A stretch of DNA of 20,000 nucleotides from the IMG/VR virus record IMGVR_UViG_2875459517_000002. One strand, 5' to 3'. The notes under the pieces were generated by a model. It saw only the letters and a list, made by a program, of their open reading frames with translations. It did no database searches and was not told where the DNA came from. Both the position numbers and the translations under genes were made by a program. Shown here piece by piece: positions 6,901 through 16,083 of the stretch (positions are counted from its first letter, which is position 1; every line of letters starts with the position of its first letter). Source of the stretch: an uncultured virus (IMG/VR IMGVR_UViG_2875459517_000002) (lineage: Duplodnaviria; Heunggongvirae; Uroviricota; Caudoviricetes).

Positions 6901-9331
6901 GTTCGCGGAAACGATGAATGTCATGGTTACGAGTCTGGCTACGTTAAAGCCGGCTTTTGCGGAGTTAGGCGCAGCTATTGCAGAGCTCGGACCGTCTTTC
7001 GCACAATTAGGCGCGACGTTCGCAAGTTTAGCGGGAGAATTAGGTATAGCATTTTCGAATGCGGTCGTTCAAATTACGCCTTTACTCGGGGAATTAGCGA
7101 GTGCTTTTACGCAGATGCTTCCAGGAATAATTAGCTTGGTTAGCGGGCTATTAAACGTATGGGTACAGGTTCAAGGTACGTTGTTACAGGTAATAACGTC
7201 AATTGTAACGACAGTTCTACCGATTCTCGTCGAAGGATTTACGTCACTGCTGCCGATTGTTTTGAACGTAGTTCAAGCGGTATTTCCAGTGATACTAAGC
7301 CTTATCCAAGCGATTGCGCCGGTGATTCAGATGATTGCAACTACAGTTTTACCGGTTTTGTTGAGCGCGGTTCAGGCGATTTTTCCAGTCGTTTTAGCAG
7401 TGGTAAAAGCGGTGATGCCATTCGTGGCTACTATCATTCAGTTAGTTGCGTCAGTAATCAAGGATCTGGTAGTTAACGTCCTGCCGTTAATTTTGGAAGT
7501 CGTAAAAGCGGTCTTTCCGTTGATCGTACCTATCATTCAATATGCGACACAAATTATCATTCAGGTATTAAAGGCGGCAGCCATAATTATCAAAACTGTT
7601 TTAATTCCTGCCGTAAAGTTTATTCTGAGCATTGTTCAAGCAGTTTTCCCTGTAATAGTTTCCGTCATTAGGGCCGCGCTAAATATAGTGACTAACGTAA
7701 TCAAGTTGTTCTCGGCTGTGTTGAGAGGGGATTGGAAGGCCGCATGGAACGCCGTCCTCGGAATCTTAAAAGCTATATTCTCGCCGATTGTAAAATTGGT
7801 AACCAACATGGGAAAAGCAATTTCCGATAAATGGACTTATGTTAAGAATAAGATGGCGCTTTTAACTTACGAGATGAAGAAAAAAGTAATGGAACGTTTT
7901 AACAGTATAGTAGATGGCGCGAAAAAGCTTCCAGGAAGAATTGGAGACGGAATCAAAAGTATGGCCGGTAAAGCTGTCAACGGAGTCAAGTCTCTTGGGA
8001 ACAAGATGATCGGCGGCTTCGAGGGCATCGTAAACGGTCTTACGCAAAAAGGTATCAATAAGGTTCTCGGATTGGTTGGCGTCGATAAGAAGCATTTCAT
8101 CCCGAAATTAGAGATTCCTAGATATGCGAAAGGTACGGCAGCAGGCGGACACCCAGGCGGTCCAGCGATCCTCGGAGATGGTGGCGGTCCTGAGCTATTC
8201 CGAACACCTTCCGGATTTACCGGTCTAAGTCCTGGCAGAGATACGCTGTTTAATTTACCGAAAGGAACGCAAGTCCTTCCGCACGATATGACGAAAAAGC
8301 TTATTGCGCAAGGTATTCCGGCATTCAAGAACGGGACGAAAAAGAAAAACCTATTCGAAAAAGGTGTCGATGCGGTTTCGGGCGCAAAAGACACTGTCGT
8401 AAATGTCGCAAAAGGCGCCGTGAATAAAGTCAAAGACTTCGCGTTTGACGTATGGGATTACGTTTCAGATCCGAAGAAACTAGTTTCGAAGGTTGTCAAT
8501 AGCCTCGGACTAAAGCTTCCGGAAATTTCTGGCGCATTCGGCAGTTTGGCGAAAGGGTCTTACGAAAAGATTAAATCGTCAATGGTCGGTTTCGTTAAGA
8601 AGCAGATCGATGATTTTGGCGGCGGCTTCGGAAGCGGAGAAAAAGCGACGGGTAACGTTAAACAGTGGATTCGTAAAGCGATGGCAGTCACAAAAGTTCC
8701 GAGTAGTTGGTTTAACCCATTAACAACAATCGCAATGAAAGAATCCGGAGGACGGACCGGTCCTTCAACGATCAATAAATGGGATAGCAACTGGAAGCGC
8801 GGAACACCGTCGATGGGTCTGATGCAGACGATTAGACCGACGTTTGACGCGTATAAAATGAAGGGAATGGGCGATATCATGAATCCGGTTCACAACGCGG
8901 TTGCGGCCATTCGCTACATCATTTCCCGATACAAAACGGTTTTCAATGTGCCCGGAATTAAATCAATGCGTGCCGGCGGCCCTTACAAGGGTTACAAAAT
9001 CGGCGACATTGTAACGCAAAAGCAACTCGCCTGGGTTGCAGAAGAGGGTCCGGAAGCAGTCATCCCGTTAAAGAATAACCGTCAGCGGGCGCTTCAGCTT
9101 TATAAAGAAACCGGTAAGAAATTAGGCGTAGAGAGCGGAACAGATCAGACGGTTGTAGCGAATCTACTTGAGCGGTTGGTTAGCGTGGAGCAACGATCTT
9201 TAGCGGCGCTTAATATAATCGCGCAAAAAGATCCGAGCGTACGGGTAGATAAGGATGCTTTAACTAACTACGTCGACAGCTCTCAGGCGCAACAAGCTAC
9301 GATGAAAAGATTATTTAGGGGTGATCGGTAG
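3983..9331 (+). CDS. Tail tape measure protein (TP901-like core) with C-terminal lytic transglycosylase (SLT) domain
   Basis: 1782 aa; T.YSALEAA.GMEEL.KAG and NGLKGSDAGTSLK core; hydrophobic repeats; ESGG...GLMQ...NP..N..AAIRYI..RY motif. Confidence 0.96.
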   Translation: MAESLGALRVSIGLDSADLTRGLADINRKLGALNSEFKATMAGAGKFDNSLDTLNQKANVLNRTLQVHKAKLSDLKRQYEESVQTKGKDAAASVRLLTQYNKALAAMRKTEDQLDLVNKRIREQSTGFAQLGAKLNASVNTITTKMRALDAAFKATTAGVDNFGSTSDQLRQKADHLNKSIDLQQKRLKDLRRLYLEAKRAKGEDAQETQELSARMNEATAQLRETQAQLRATNTQIEQQANAWHRMGTQAQESGENLRTIGGKLQSIGSEIATSFGAATLAISGALGLATKKSMDFEQQMSNVKSVMDPAEANKYSDALTNLAVKLGADTKYSALEAAQGMEELVKAGVSTKDIMGGGLSGALSLATAGDLELADAAEIASTALNAFKDDNLSVAKAADILAGAANASATSVGEMKYGLSMTSAVAAGMGLSFKDTSTALAVFAQNGLKGSDAGTSLKTMLSRLVPMTDGAYTTMESLGLVSLDTKKAFEQLAKQGFKPASQDLGDIYKAMDAYVTKTTGLKKGTASFEKAFSKASIALGVMDNKFFDAQGNIKSMTEISGELSKALDGMSAKDKQEALYKIFGSDAIRGALILGKSGAKGFTEMANAMDKIKAADVAAERMNNLKGRIEELSGAFETAQINVGKALTPAVSALVAVLQKVVDAFNNLSPGMQKFVTITLAVTAAILGVVTVLGVLLAGIGGALVGLGSLQIAWGLLSVQIAAAGGMMGVFTSILATLTSPIALTIAGITALVTVFVLVYKHSEQLQKLLGVVFNAIKSGALVAYNGAKVAFDGIIAAVDRVSAYLLEKGPAMWNGFAAGAVNIGTAIQSGFNSAIAAIGSFFYSLGQKASEFFGQGVAAKVADAAGIFFAQLKTAFSSVSGVISIVAPAITGFGLALAGVSGPIGFAITALVSLSGFLFRLYQSNEQFRNSVTTVWSQVSSVISSAMTALQPVFDAFSQYFGEIAAELAPEFAETMNVMVTSLATLKPAFAELGAAIAELGPSFAQLGATFASLAGELGIAFSNAVVQITPLLGELASAFTQMLPGIISLVSGLLNVWVQVQGTLLQVITSIVTTVLPILVEGFTSLLPIVLNVVQAVFPVILSLIQAIAPVIQMIATTVLPVLLSAVQAIFPVVLAVVKAVMPFVATIIQLVASVIKDLVVNVLPLILEVVKAVFPLIVPIIQYATQIIIQVLKAAAIIIKTVLIPAVKFILSIVQAVFPVIVSVIRAALNIVTNVIKLFSAVLRGDWKAAWNAVLGILKAIFSPIVKLVTNMGKAISDKWTYVKNKMALLTYEMKKKVMERFNSIVDGAKKLPGRIGDGIKSMAGKAVNGVKSLGNKMIGGFEGIVNGLTQKGINKVLGLVGVDKKHFIPKLEIPRYAKGTAAGGHPGGPAILGDGGGPELFRTPSGFTGLSPGRDTLFNLPKGTQVLPHDMTKKLIAQGIPAFKNGTKKKNLFEKGVDAVSGAKDTVVNVAKGAVNKVKDFAFDVWDYVSDPKKLVSKVVNSLGLKLPEISGAFGSLAKGSYEKIKSSMVGFVKKQIDDFGGGFGSGEKATGNVKQWIRKAMAVTKVPSSWFNPLTTIAMKESGGRTGPSTINKWDSNWKRGTPSMGLMQTIRPTFDAYKMKGMGDIMNPVHNAVAAIRYIISRYKTVFNVPGIKSMRAGGPYKGYKIGDIVTQKQLAWVAEEGPEAVIPLKNNRQRALQLYKETGKKLGVESGTDQTVVANLLERLVSVEQRSLAALNIIAQKDPSVRVDKDALTNYVDSSQAQQATMKRLFRGDR

Positions 9332-10149
9332 TGCATCTGATAATTATAAAAAACGGTGAGACGATCGATCACCGTAATTTCGGTTTGCGGCTCCTTAGTT
9401 TTCGTAAGGACTCGTTAACCCACCGTACAGATCTTCAGGAAATAGACGGCCGTAACGGATCAATCGATGTAGGTACGACCTTCGATATCCGGAAGTTAAC
9501 GGCCGTCTTTCTTTTTAAAGGCGTGGATCATCTCGATTATCATTTGTTACTAGATGAGATATACGATCTATTCGCGACACAAAACGAAATGGAAATTATA
9601 GATTCGCGCCAACCCGGAAAGGTTTGGTCCGTAAAAGTAAGCAGCACGTACGAACCGGAAGACATTACGCCAAGGAGCGGAAAACTTACGGTTGAGTTTA
9701 CGGCTGCTTTTCCTTTTGCGGCTTCTTTAGGTTCGACGCTCGACCCATTAACGTTTAACTCCGATAAGTGGCAAGTCGCACAAGGTATGTTACCTTCGGA
9801 CGATTTATCGTATCGACACAAAACGAACAGATTCCGTATTTATAACGCAGGTAACGTCACAATTGATCCAGCCGAAGACGTACCGTTAGACATCGTTTAT
9901 AAAGGCGCCTCATCTAATTTTAAGCTCGCGAATAAAACGACTACCCAAACGGTGGCTTATTCGGGGAGCTCCGGATCAACCGATGTGCTGAAGCTCGAAG
10001 GCCTCCGGCATTTGAAGAACGGAACAAGCATATACGCGAATACGAACCGAGGCTACATTTCGCTTGCTCCCGGATGGAACGAGATCGAACTTTCCGGAAC
10101 GGTGGGAAGCTTCGAAATATCTTTCGATTTTCATTATTTGTATAAGTAG
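9331..10149 (+). CDS. Distal tail protein (Dit, Sipho_tail-like)
   Basis: Follows the TMP; IDGRNG, IYNAGN and L.PGWNEI motifs. Confidence 0.87.
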   Translation: MHLIIIKNGETIDHRNFGLRLLSFRKDSLTHRTDLQEIDGRNGSIDVGTTFDIRKLTAVFLFKGVDHLDYHLLLDEIYDLFATQNEMEIIDSRQPGKVWSVKVSSTYEPEDITPRSGKLTVEFTAAFPFAASLGSTLDPLTFNSDKWQVAQGMLPSDDLSYRHKTNRFRIYNAGNVTIDPAEDVPLDIVYKGASSNFKLANKTTTQTVAYSGSSGSTDVLKLEGLRHLKNGTSIYANTNRGYISLAPGWNEIELSGTVGSFEISFDFHYLYK

Positions 10150-10160
10150 GTGCAGCGACG

Positions 10161-11690
10161 ATGGCTATTTTAGCAGTAAAAGATATATCGGGAATCGCGG
10201 AACCTTTGCCGGGCTTCTTTGCTACGCGTAGTAACGGAATCGAAGGAGAAAAAACGCTAAATGTAACGGGGTATAAGACGGATCTAAATCAACACGGTTA
10301 TAAACTCGTTAAAAACGAAAATATCCTTATTTATAAAGACGAAGAATACATTATCAAAACGCACAAGGAAAAAACGTCCAAAAACGGCGTGGGCGTTGAA
10401 GTAACGGCACTTCACCGGATATTTGACGACTTGATAAATTATCGGATTTACGAAGAGAAATCGGGAACGCTGCGAATAAATGCGATGCTCGATTTTGCGT
10501 TAAAAGGGACCGGATACACGTACGAAGTAGACTATACGGATCTTCCAACATCAGTAGAGGTTCAAAACTTCGGATGGGATAATTCGTTAGCTTTACTGCG
10601 AAGCATTCTCGAAAAGTTTGGCGCAGAGTTTGATTACGCTGGTAAGCGTATTTACATTGCGAAAAAGATCGGCAGCAAGAAAGACGAACCTTTTCTGCGA
10701 TACAAGTACAACGTCAGTGAGCCGGAAAAAGAAATCGATACTAGTAGCTTTGCGACATATATTCGCGGCTACGGTAAGCAAAAAGATGACGGTACCTATG
10801 TTGTGCAGGCGGAGTATACAAGTCCACTAGCAACGATCTACGGAATAAAGCACGCCGATCCGGTAAAAGACGAAAGGTTTACGGATAAATCTTCGTTGCT
10901 GGCAGAAATGAAGAATAAGCTCGGTGACAGTCTGGACATATCGCTAACATTTACGGCTATTGAGCTCGCAAATATGGGCTTTAAAGACGTAAGAAAAGGC
11001 GATTATCTGTGGTGCGTTATCGAACCGTTTGATATTAACGTTCAGCTACGCGTCTTAACTATCGAAGACTATTCGAATGACAAAAAGCCGCCGGTTTTCA
11101 CATTCGGATCAGTCACGAAAAAAGCGTCGGATTTAATTGCGGATTTTGATACGACTAAGAAAACGGTTGATAAGGTAATCGATGCGTCCACCGGAACCAT
11201 TAAAGCAAGCGCACTGAATACAGCGGGATTGGCGCTCAAGAGCGATTTAGATGCGCATGTCAAAAACACGGACATACACGTAACCGCATCAGAAAAGTTA
11301 ACGTGGGATTCGAAGGAGTCTGGGGGAGCAACCGCCGCATTGGAAGCCCGTCTGACGAATATAACCTGGACGGCTCCGACGTTTAAAAGTGGATGGACGC
11401 AATACACCGACGCTTCCGGAAGTTATCCGGTTCAGTACGGTAAGGATATGGTCGGAACGGTGATATTACGAGGCGTTGCGAAAGGCGGAACCCTCGGACT
11501 GACAACACCGGTTTACACACTGCCGGCAGGTTTTCGGCCAACTTACCCGTATCATTTTACCGGATCGGCAGGCGCTGGTTTTATTTATACCGGCGTTATA
11601 AAAACGAACGGTGATGTTTGTATTGAGAGCAGCACGAATACAACTGCGAACGCTTTTATAGCAATCAACACACAATTTAAAGCGAACTAA
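10161..11690 (+). CDS. Tal / prophage tail endopeptidase-like baseplate hub with C-terminal fibre-head-like domain
   Basis: Follows Dit; RYKYN...IDTS...TYIRGYG...YTSP....YG...A..V.DERF core, plus a C-terminal V.LRG...TLPAGFRP domain. Confidence 0.82.
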   Translation: MAILAVKDISGIAEPLPGFFATRSNGIEGEKTLNVTGYKTDLNQHGYKLVKNENILIYKDEEYIIKTHKEKTSKNGVGVEVTALHRIFDDLINYRIYEEKSGTLRINAMLDFALKGTGYTYEVDYTDLPTSVEVQNFGWDNSLALLRSILEKFGAEFDYAGKRIYIAKKIGSKKDEPFLRYKYNVSEPEKEIDTSSFATYIRGYGKQKDDGTYVVQAEYTSPLATIYGIKHADPVKDERFTDKSSLLAEMKNKLGDSLDISLTFTAIELANMGFKDVRKGDYLWCVIEPFDINVQLRVLTIEDYSNDKKPPVFTFGSVTKKASDLIADFDTTKKTVDKVIDASTGTIKASALNTAGLALKSDLDAHVKNTDIHVTASEKLTWDSKESGGATAALEARLTNITWTAPTFKSGWTQYTDASGSYPVQYGKDMVGTVILRGVAKGGTLGLTTPVYTLPAGFRPTYPYHFTGSAGAGFIYTGVIKTNGDVCIESSTNTTANAFIAINTQFKAN

Positions 11691-11704
11691 ACGGAGGTGA
11701 GCGC

Positions 11705-14266
11705 ATGGGGAAATATTCATATAAGAAAGCTGATACTAGCGGATTTGACCGTCAGTATATCAAGAACTACAACCAAAACCTCGAAGACATCGGCAACGAC
11801 ATGCTCGATCTGAGTAACGGTTTGAGCCGCCATAAGACCGCAGAACATGCCCATACGTCAGATCAGATTGACCATAGCGGGTTTTCTTTGCGCACATATA
11901 TAGACGGTCTGTATAACCGTATAAAAAACTTGATTCTTAACGCAGACGGAACGAACGTAAAAGAGGTGGTAGACGCTCGTGTAGACGCAGACGGCAACGT
12001 TGAACCTCTATTAAAAGAGCGGCTCGATAAAGAGTATTACAAGTTGCTCCGAAAGATCCAACGCAGCGTAAACGTGGACGATTATGGCGCCGATCCTACC
12101 GGAGAAACAGACAGTACGGAAGCTTTCGTACAGGCGCTCGGTGACGGAAAGGTGCGTCTCAATCTCTCGGCCGGCACGTATATCGTAAAGGGCGTTAAAC
12201 TCCCGTCATGGACATATCTTGTCGGTCAGGGAAAAGGCGTTACCACGCTTAAGCTACACGAGGATACGCCGGCCGGCCAGTGGGTTATTACGAACGCCGA
12301 CCACTCAGGAGGAAACCGGAATATCTACGTAGAGGGAGTGACGCTCGATTGGAACCCGGATCGACAAGGCGGTGTGACCGCGACGGGTGGTATAAATTCG
12401 AGCTGCTTGACTTTCGCGAAAGTAAAATTCGGTTGGGTTAAGGACGTAGAAGCGGTCAATCCCGGCCTACACGGCTTCGACATAACGGCTTCGACATACG
12501 ACATTACTGCGGAAAATTATACGGCTGATGGTTCATATTACGTTTGGCTGGATAACTGCGTTGCGTCCGGATATGGAGACGACGGAATTACGACGCACTA
12601 CAGCGAATATATTTTCATTTCAAATTCGCATTGTATGAATCCTAGCGGAAAGGCGCACGCGGCCGGCAAGGCTAACTCGAATGGGATCGAAATCGATGAC
12701 GGTTCAAAAAACGTTTGGGTAGATAGTTGCTACACAAGCGGAAATATTCGAGGTGTCGAAGTAAAAGCGCACGAGAAATGGCCGGCATCTCAAAACGTTC
12801 ATGTGACGAATCATATCTCTTATAGGGACGTTCGCTCTTACGACGCAAGGCATATCGGACACCATAGCGCCTCTGACCCGGAGAGCAAATCAGCATACCA
12901 TGTGACATTCGCTAACTGCACGTCAATTGAGCCCGTCTTTAATAGTTTATATGAAGGAATTTCTCCGAGAGCGCTCGTTATCTCAGCATATAAGCACGTT
13001 CAGATTTCCAATTTCACTGCGATAGGCGATCCGCAATATGACTACAAGGAAAACCCGGTAGTCGCGTTTCAATTTAAGTCTCGCTATATCAACGTTGACG
13101 GTATCAAAATGCGCGGATTTAAAACAGCCGGTTGCGACATACGAGCTTTTGGTGGCGCGCAAAGAACCGACTATGTACATCTATCTGGTGTTACAATTTC
13201 CGAATCTTCGCCGATAGGTGTTTCGTTCGGTGGCGGGGTTTATAATGCTTCTCTGATTGGCGCCACATTGATCGGAGATAGCGGTGAGATGGGCGTTTAT
13301 TCTCCGAACAACCAAGTAGAACTTGCGGCAATTAACGCGGCTGGATATGCATCTGCGGCAAACTTCGGAGGGCGTTCGTATAGCGTTGTCCCTACGAATT
13401 TTAAAGGCGGATTCAAAGGCGCCACCACAAGCGGTTCACCCCTAGATCCGACGAGCGCGATCATTGCGGCTACGGGTGCGAATGTTGCGAAAGGGCCTAG
13501 AAACTTCATGGGCGGCGTTTCGGGGGGCTCATCGACTGAAGGATCGCGGCAGGCTATTCTCGCAACGAACAATTCGCATACAAAAGGCGACGGCCCAGCC
13601 CGGACCATCTTATCGTCACAGTCCGTAATAAACGATGACGGTTATACGGTTGTAGGCGGATATGGTTCTGGCGAAGCATCCGCAGGGAACATCAAATGGA
13701 AGATCGACTCCATGAACGGTAATATTCAAGGCGTTGGCCGGGTCGAAAGCGTATCAGACTTTAAAGACGTCGCGGAGTATTTCGAGTCATTGGACGGACG
13801 GAGAATTGATTCCGGCCTCATGGTAACGCTCGAAGGTGATAAAATCCGAAAAGCGCAGCCAGGAGACAGCGTGGACGGCATTATATCTGAAACTGCCGGC
13901 GTTGTATTGGGAGGCGCAGGCTTTTACTGGAATGATCGGTTCTTGCGTAACGAGTTTGGCGGCATGATCTACGAAACAATCATCGAAAATGGACGCGAGC
14001 TGGTCGTGCCGAAAGAAAATCCGAACTATGATCCGACCCTCGAATATATTCCGCGTGATGAACGCATGGAGTGGCATATCGTCGGGCTTATCGGGCAAAT
14101 ACACGTACGCATTGACGACACAGTCAGAGTAGGCGATAGAGTTACGGCGGGCGCCGGCGGTATTGCAACGAAAACAGCGGACAATGACGGCTTTAAAGTA
14201 ATGCGAATTAAGACGGCTTACGATTCCGAAAAGGGATACGGTGTAGCCGTTATTTTTATGCGGTAA
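11705..14266 (+). CDS. Tail spike / pre-neck-appendage-like protein: pectate-lyase-like beta-helix plus peptidase G2 autocleaving chaperone domain
   Basis: EVVDAR N-terminus; VNVDDYGADPTGETDSTEAF beta-helix cap; GDDGI and NGIEID rungs; DVAEYFE...ENPNYDP...YIPR..R.EW..VGLIGQ..VR C-terminus like phi29 gp12. Confidence 0.87.
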   Translation: MGKYSYKKADTSGFDRQYIKNYNQNLEDIGNDMLDLSNGLSRHKTAEHAHTSDQIDHSGFSLRTYIDGLYNRIKNLILNADGTNVKEVVDARVDADGNVEPLLKERLDKEYYKLLRKIQRSVNVDDYGADPTGETDSTEAFVQALGDGKVRLNLSAGTYIVKGVKLPSWTYLVGQGKGVTTLKLHEDTPAGQWVITNADHSGGNRNIYVEGVTLDWNPDRQGGVTATGGINSSCLTFAKVKFGWVKDVEAVNPGLHGFDITASTYDITAENYTADGSYYVWLDNCVASGYGDDGITTHYSEYIFISNSHCMNPSGKAHAAGKANSNGIEIDDGSKNVWVDSCYTSGNIRGVEVKAHEKWPASQNVHVTNHISYRDVRSYDARHIGHHSASDPESKSAYHVTFANCTSIEPVFNSLYEGISPRALVISAYKHVQISNFTAIGDPQYDYKENPVVAFQFKSRYINVDGIKMRGFKTAGCDIRAFGGAQRTDYVHLSGVTISESSPIGVSFGGGVYNASLIGATLIGDSGEMGVYSPNNQVELAAINAAGYASAANFGGRSYSVVPTNFKGGFKGATTSGSPLDPTSAIIAATGANVAKGPRNFMGGVSGGSSTEGSRQAILATNNSHTKGDGPARTILSSQSVINDDGYTVVGGYGSGEASAGNIKWKIDSMNGNIQGVGRVESVSDFKDVAEYFESLDGRRIDSGLMVTLEGDKIRKAQPGDSVDGIISETAGVVLGGAGFYWNDRFLRNEFGGMIYETIIENGRELVVPKENPNYDPTLEYIPRDERMEWHIVGLIGQIHVRIDDTVRVGDRVTAGAGGIATKTADNDGFKVMRIKTAYDSEKGYGVAVIFMR

Positions 14267-14279
14267 AGGAGGTTTTGCA

Positions 14280-15476
14280 GTGATATACAATAACGCACCC
14301 CTTGCGTTTGAGGTAACGAGTTGGACTAAAACGAACATTAAAACCGCCATACAGTTCAGCACGCAAGACATCGATACTGCACGTTTAATATTCTCGTTAA
14401 CAAAGGACGGCGTCCCGTTGCCATTGTCCGCTGTTACCGGGAAGCTCGTTATGTTCATGGCGGACGGAAGTCGGTTTATAAAAAACGTAGAGATCGTGGA
14501 TAAGGTCGAAGGCATCGCGCAGCACGTTTTATCGCCGGAAGAGATTCGCCACTACGGCGACGTGCAGGCGGAGCTTAATCTGTATTATGCGAATAAACAG
14601 TCGCTCTCTGTTCATAAATTTTCGTTCACTATCGACAAGGCGCTGATTGATACGGATATCGTTCCTATCGCGGAGTATTATATCGATGACTTCGAGGATT
14701 TGATCGTAAAGGTAAACGAACTGTATGACGAAGCAATTGCGACAATGGAAGAGCTGCGTCAGAAGTTTTCGGATCTTGAAAATATCGAAACCAAAGCCGG
14801 CGCTCAGGAAAAAGCGGACGCCGCCGAAACTAACACCAAAGCCTATACGGATCTACATGCGAATAATAAAACGATCCACATTACGGCAGACGATCGAACG
14901 ACTTGGAACGCAAAGGAAACAACATTGGGGTCGCAAGATAAAGCGGACAAAGCGCTAGTCGACGCAAAAGCCTATACGGATACACACGCTAACCGAACGG
15001 ACAATCCGCACGCAGTAACGAAAGAACAGATCGGCTTGGCTAATGTAGAAGACATTAAGCAGGCGTCATTTACGGACTTTCAAGCACATAACTACAACCA
15101 GGTTCGGCATATCTCGGCGGATGAGCGGAAGGTATGGAACGGGGCAGTCACCTACATCAACATCCTGCTAAAGAATGGAGCTACCGCAGGGACGCGGACA
15201 CCAATGTATGCAAAGTGGGGGCCATTTCTGATCCTTAGGGGGCACGTAAAAACAGATCCGGAAATCATTTTCGGGTCCATCCCCGCATCCTACGCACCGA
15301 CCGGTGGTTCTGTTACAACAGTACCGTTAAGTGGTACAGGAGGTACAGCCAATTTAATTATTTATGATAATGGAGATTTGAAAATAAAGTATCCAGACCC
15401 TGTTGATTCAAGCAAGATAGGTGGAGGTTATTACTTAGACATAGTGGTCGGCTTTCAGGATGGGGGTACAGTATGA
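14280..15476 (+). CDS. BppU-family (DUF2479-like) baseplate upper / fibre protein
   Basis: F.TQD..TARL.F.L.KDG..L.L N-terminus, coiled coil, His-containing shaft repeats and a C-terminal head domain. Confidence 0.82.
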   Translation: MIYNNAPLAFEVTSWTKTNIKTAIQFSTQDIDTARLIFSLTKDGVPLPLSAVTGKLVMFMADGSRFIKNVEIVDKVEGIAQHVLSPEEIRHYGDVQAELNLYYANKQSLSVHKFSFTIDKALIDTDIVPIAEYYIDDFEDLIVKVNELYDEAIATMEELRQKFSDLENIETKAGAQEKADAAETNTKAYTDLHANNKTIHITADDRTTWNAKETTLGSQDKADKALVDAKAYTDTHANRTDNPHAVTKEQIGLANVEDIKQASFTDFQAHNYNQVRHISADERKVWNGAVTYINILLKNGATAGTRTPMYAKWGPFLILRGHVKTDPEIIFGSIPASYAPTGGSVTTVPLSGTGGTANLIIYDNGDLKIKYPDPVDSSKIGGGYYLDIVVGFQDGGTV

Positions 15477-15856
15477 TTCAGGTTTATGAATATGATGAAA
15501 ACTTCATTTTAACTGTTCCTATTGCACTTGAACCGGATGAAGAAGGAAACTATATAATCCCTGAAAATTGCACAACCGTTCAACCACCTTCCTTCATAAA
15601 GGCGATGTATCAGCCATACGAGAAGACATGGACAGAGGCTGCCACTCAGGAAGAAATAGACGCGATTCTTGATCAGGCTGAACAAGGTACGGAGCCTTTG
15701 CCTGTCGACCTTTTAAAAATGCAAAACGCGAAACTAACTTTGCGTGTAGCTGCTGCAGAAAAAGAAAACACTCAACGCCGCCAAAGAGAAGCTGATACAG
15801 CACTGATAATTGCGCAGCTACAGAGCCAAATCAGCGATTTAAAGGAGGTAAAGTAA
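15473..15856 (+). CDS. Fibre-associated protein (putative assembly chaperone, XkdW-position gene)
   Basis: QVY.YDENF...IP.NCT...PP....W.E pattern plus a C-terminal coiled coil; lies between the fibre gene and xkdX. Confidence 0.6.
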   Translation: MIQVYEYDENFILTVPIALEPDEEGNYIIPENCTTVQPPSFIKAMYQPYEKTWTEAATQEEIDAILDQAEQGTEPLPVDLLKMQNAKLTLRVAAAEKENTQRRQREADTALIIAQLQSQISDLKEVK

Positions 15857-15857
15857 G

Positions 15858-16061
15858 GTGATTTCATATCCCGAATTTGCAGATATCAAGCAGTTCTACG
15901 ATTGGGGTTGTTATACGGACGATGATATAAGAACGTACGTTGAATTAGGTTGTATTACCCCGAATCAATTTACGGAAATCACCGGTAAGCCTTACGCGAA
16001 AGAAGAAACTCCGAGCGAAGGGCTTTCTTGGCCGTCTGACGGATCTGTTGGGACTGAGTAA
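15858..16061 (+). CDS. xkdX: XkdX-family protein
   Basis: IKQFYDWGCY....I..YV..G.IT..QF.EITG..Y signature; AAGGAGG RBS. Confidence 0.88.
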   Translation: MISYPEFADIKQFYDWGCYTDDDIRTYVELGCITPNQFTEITGKPYAKEETPSEGLSWPSDGSVGTE

Positions 16062-16083
16062 ATAACGGAAAGGAGGCGCCACA

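Noticed and set aside
4735..8880. Long antisense ORFs inside the TMP (also 1009-1590, 13787-14515 and 16737-17162)
   Set aside because: Codon-mirror shadows of strong + strand genes, with no recognisable protein features.
10161..15856. Diversity-generating retroelement or invertible tail-fibre shufflon
   Set aside because: No reverse transcriptase, invertase, TR/VR pair or inverted fibre cassettes were seen.
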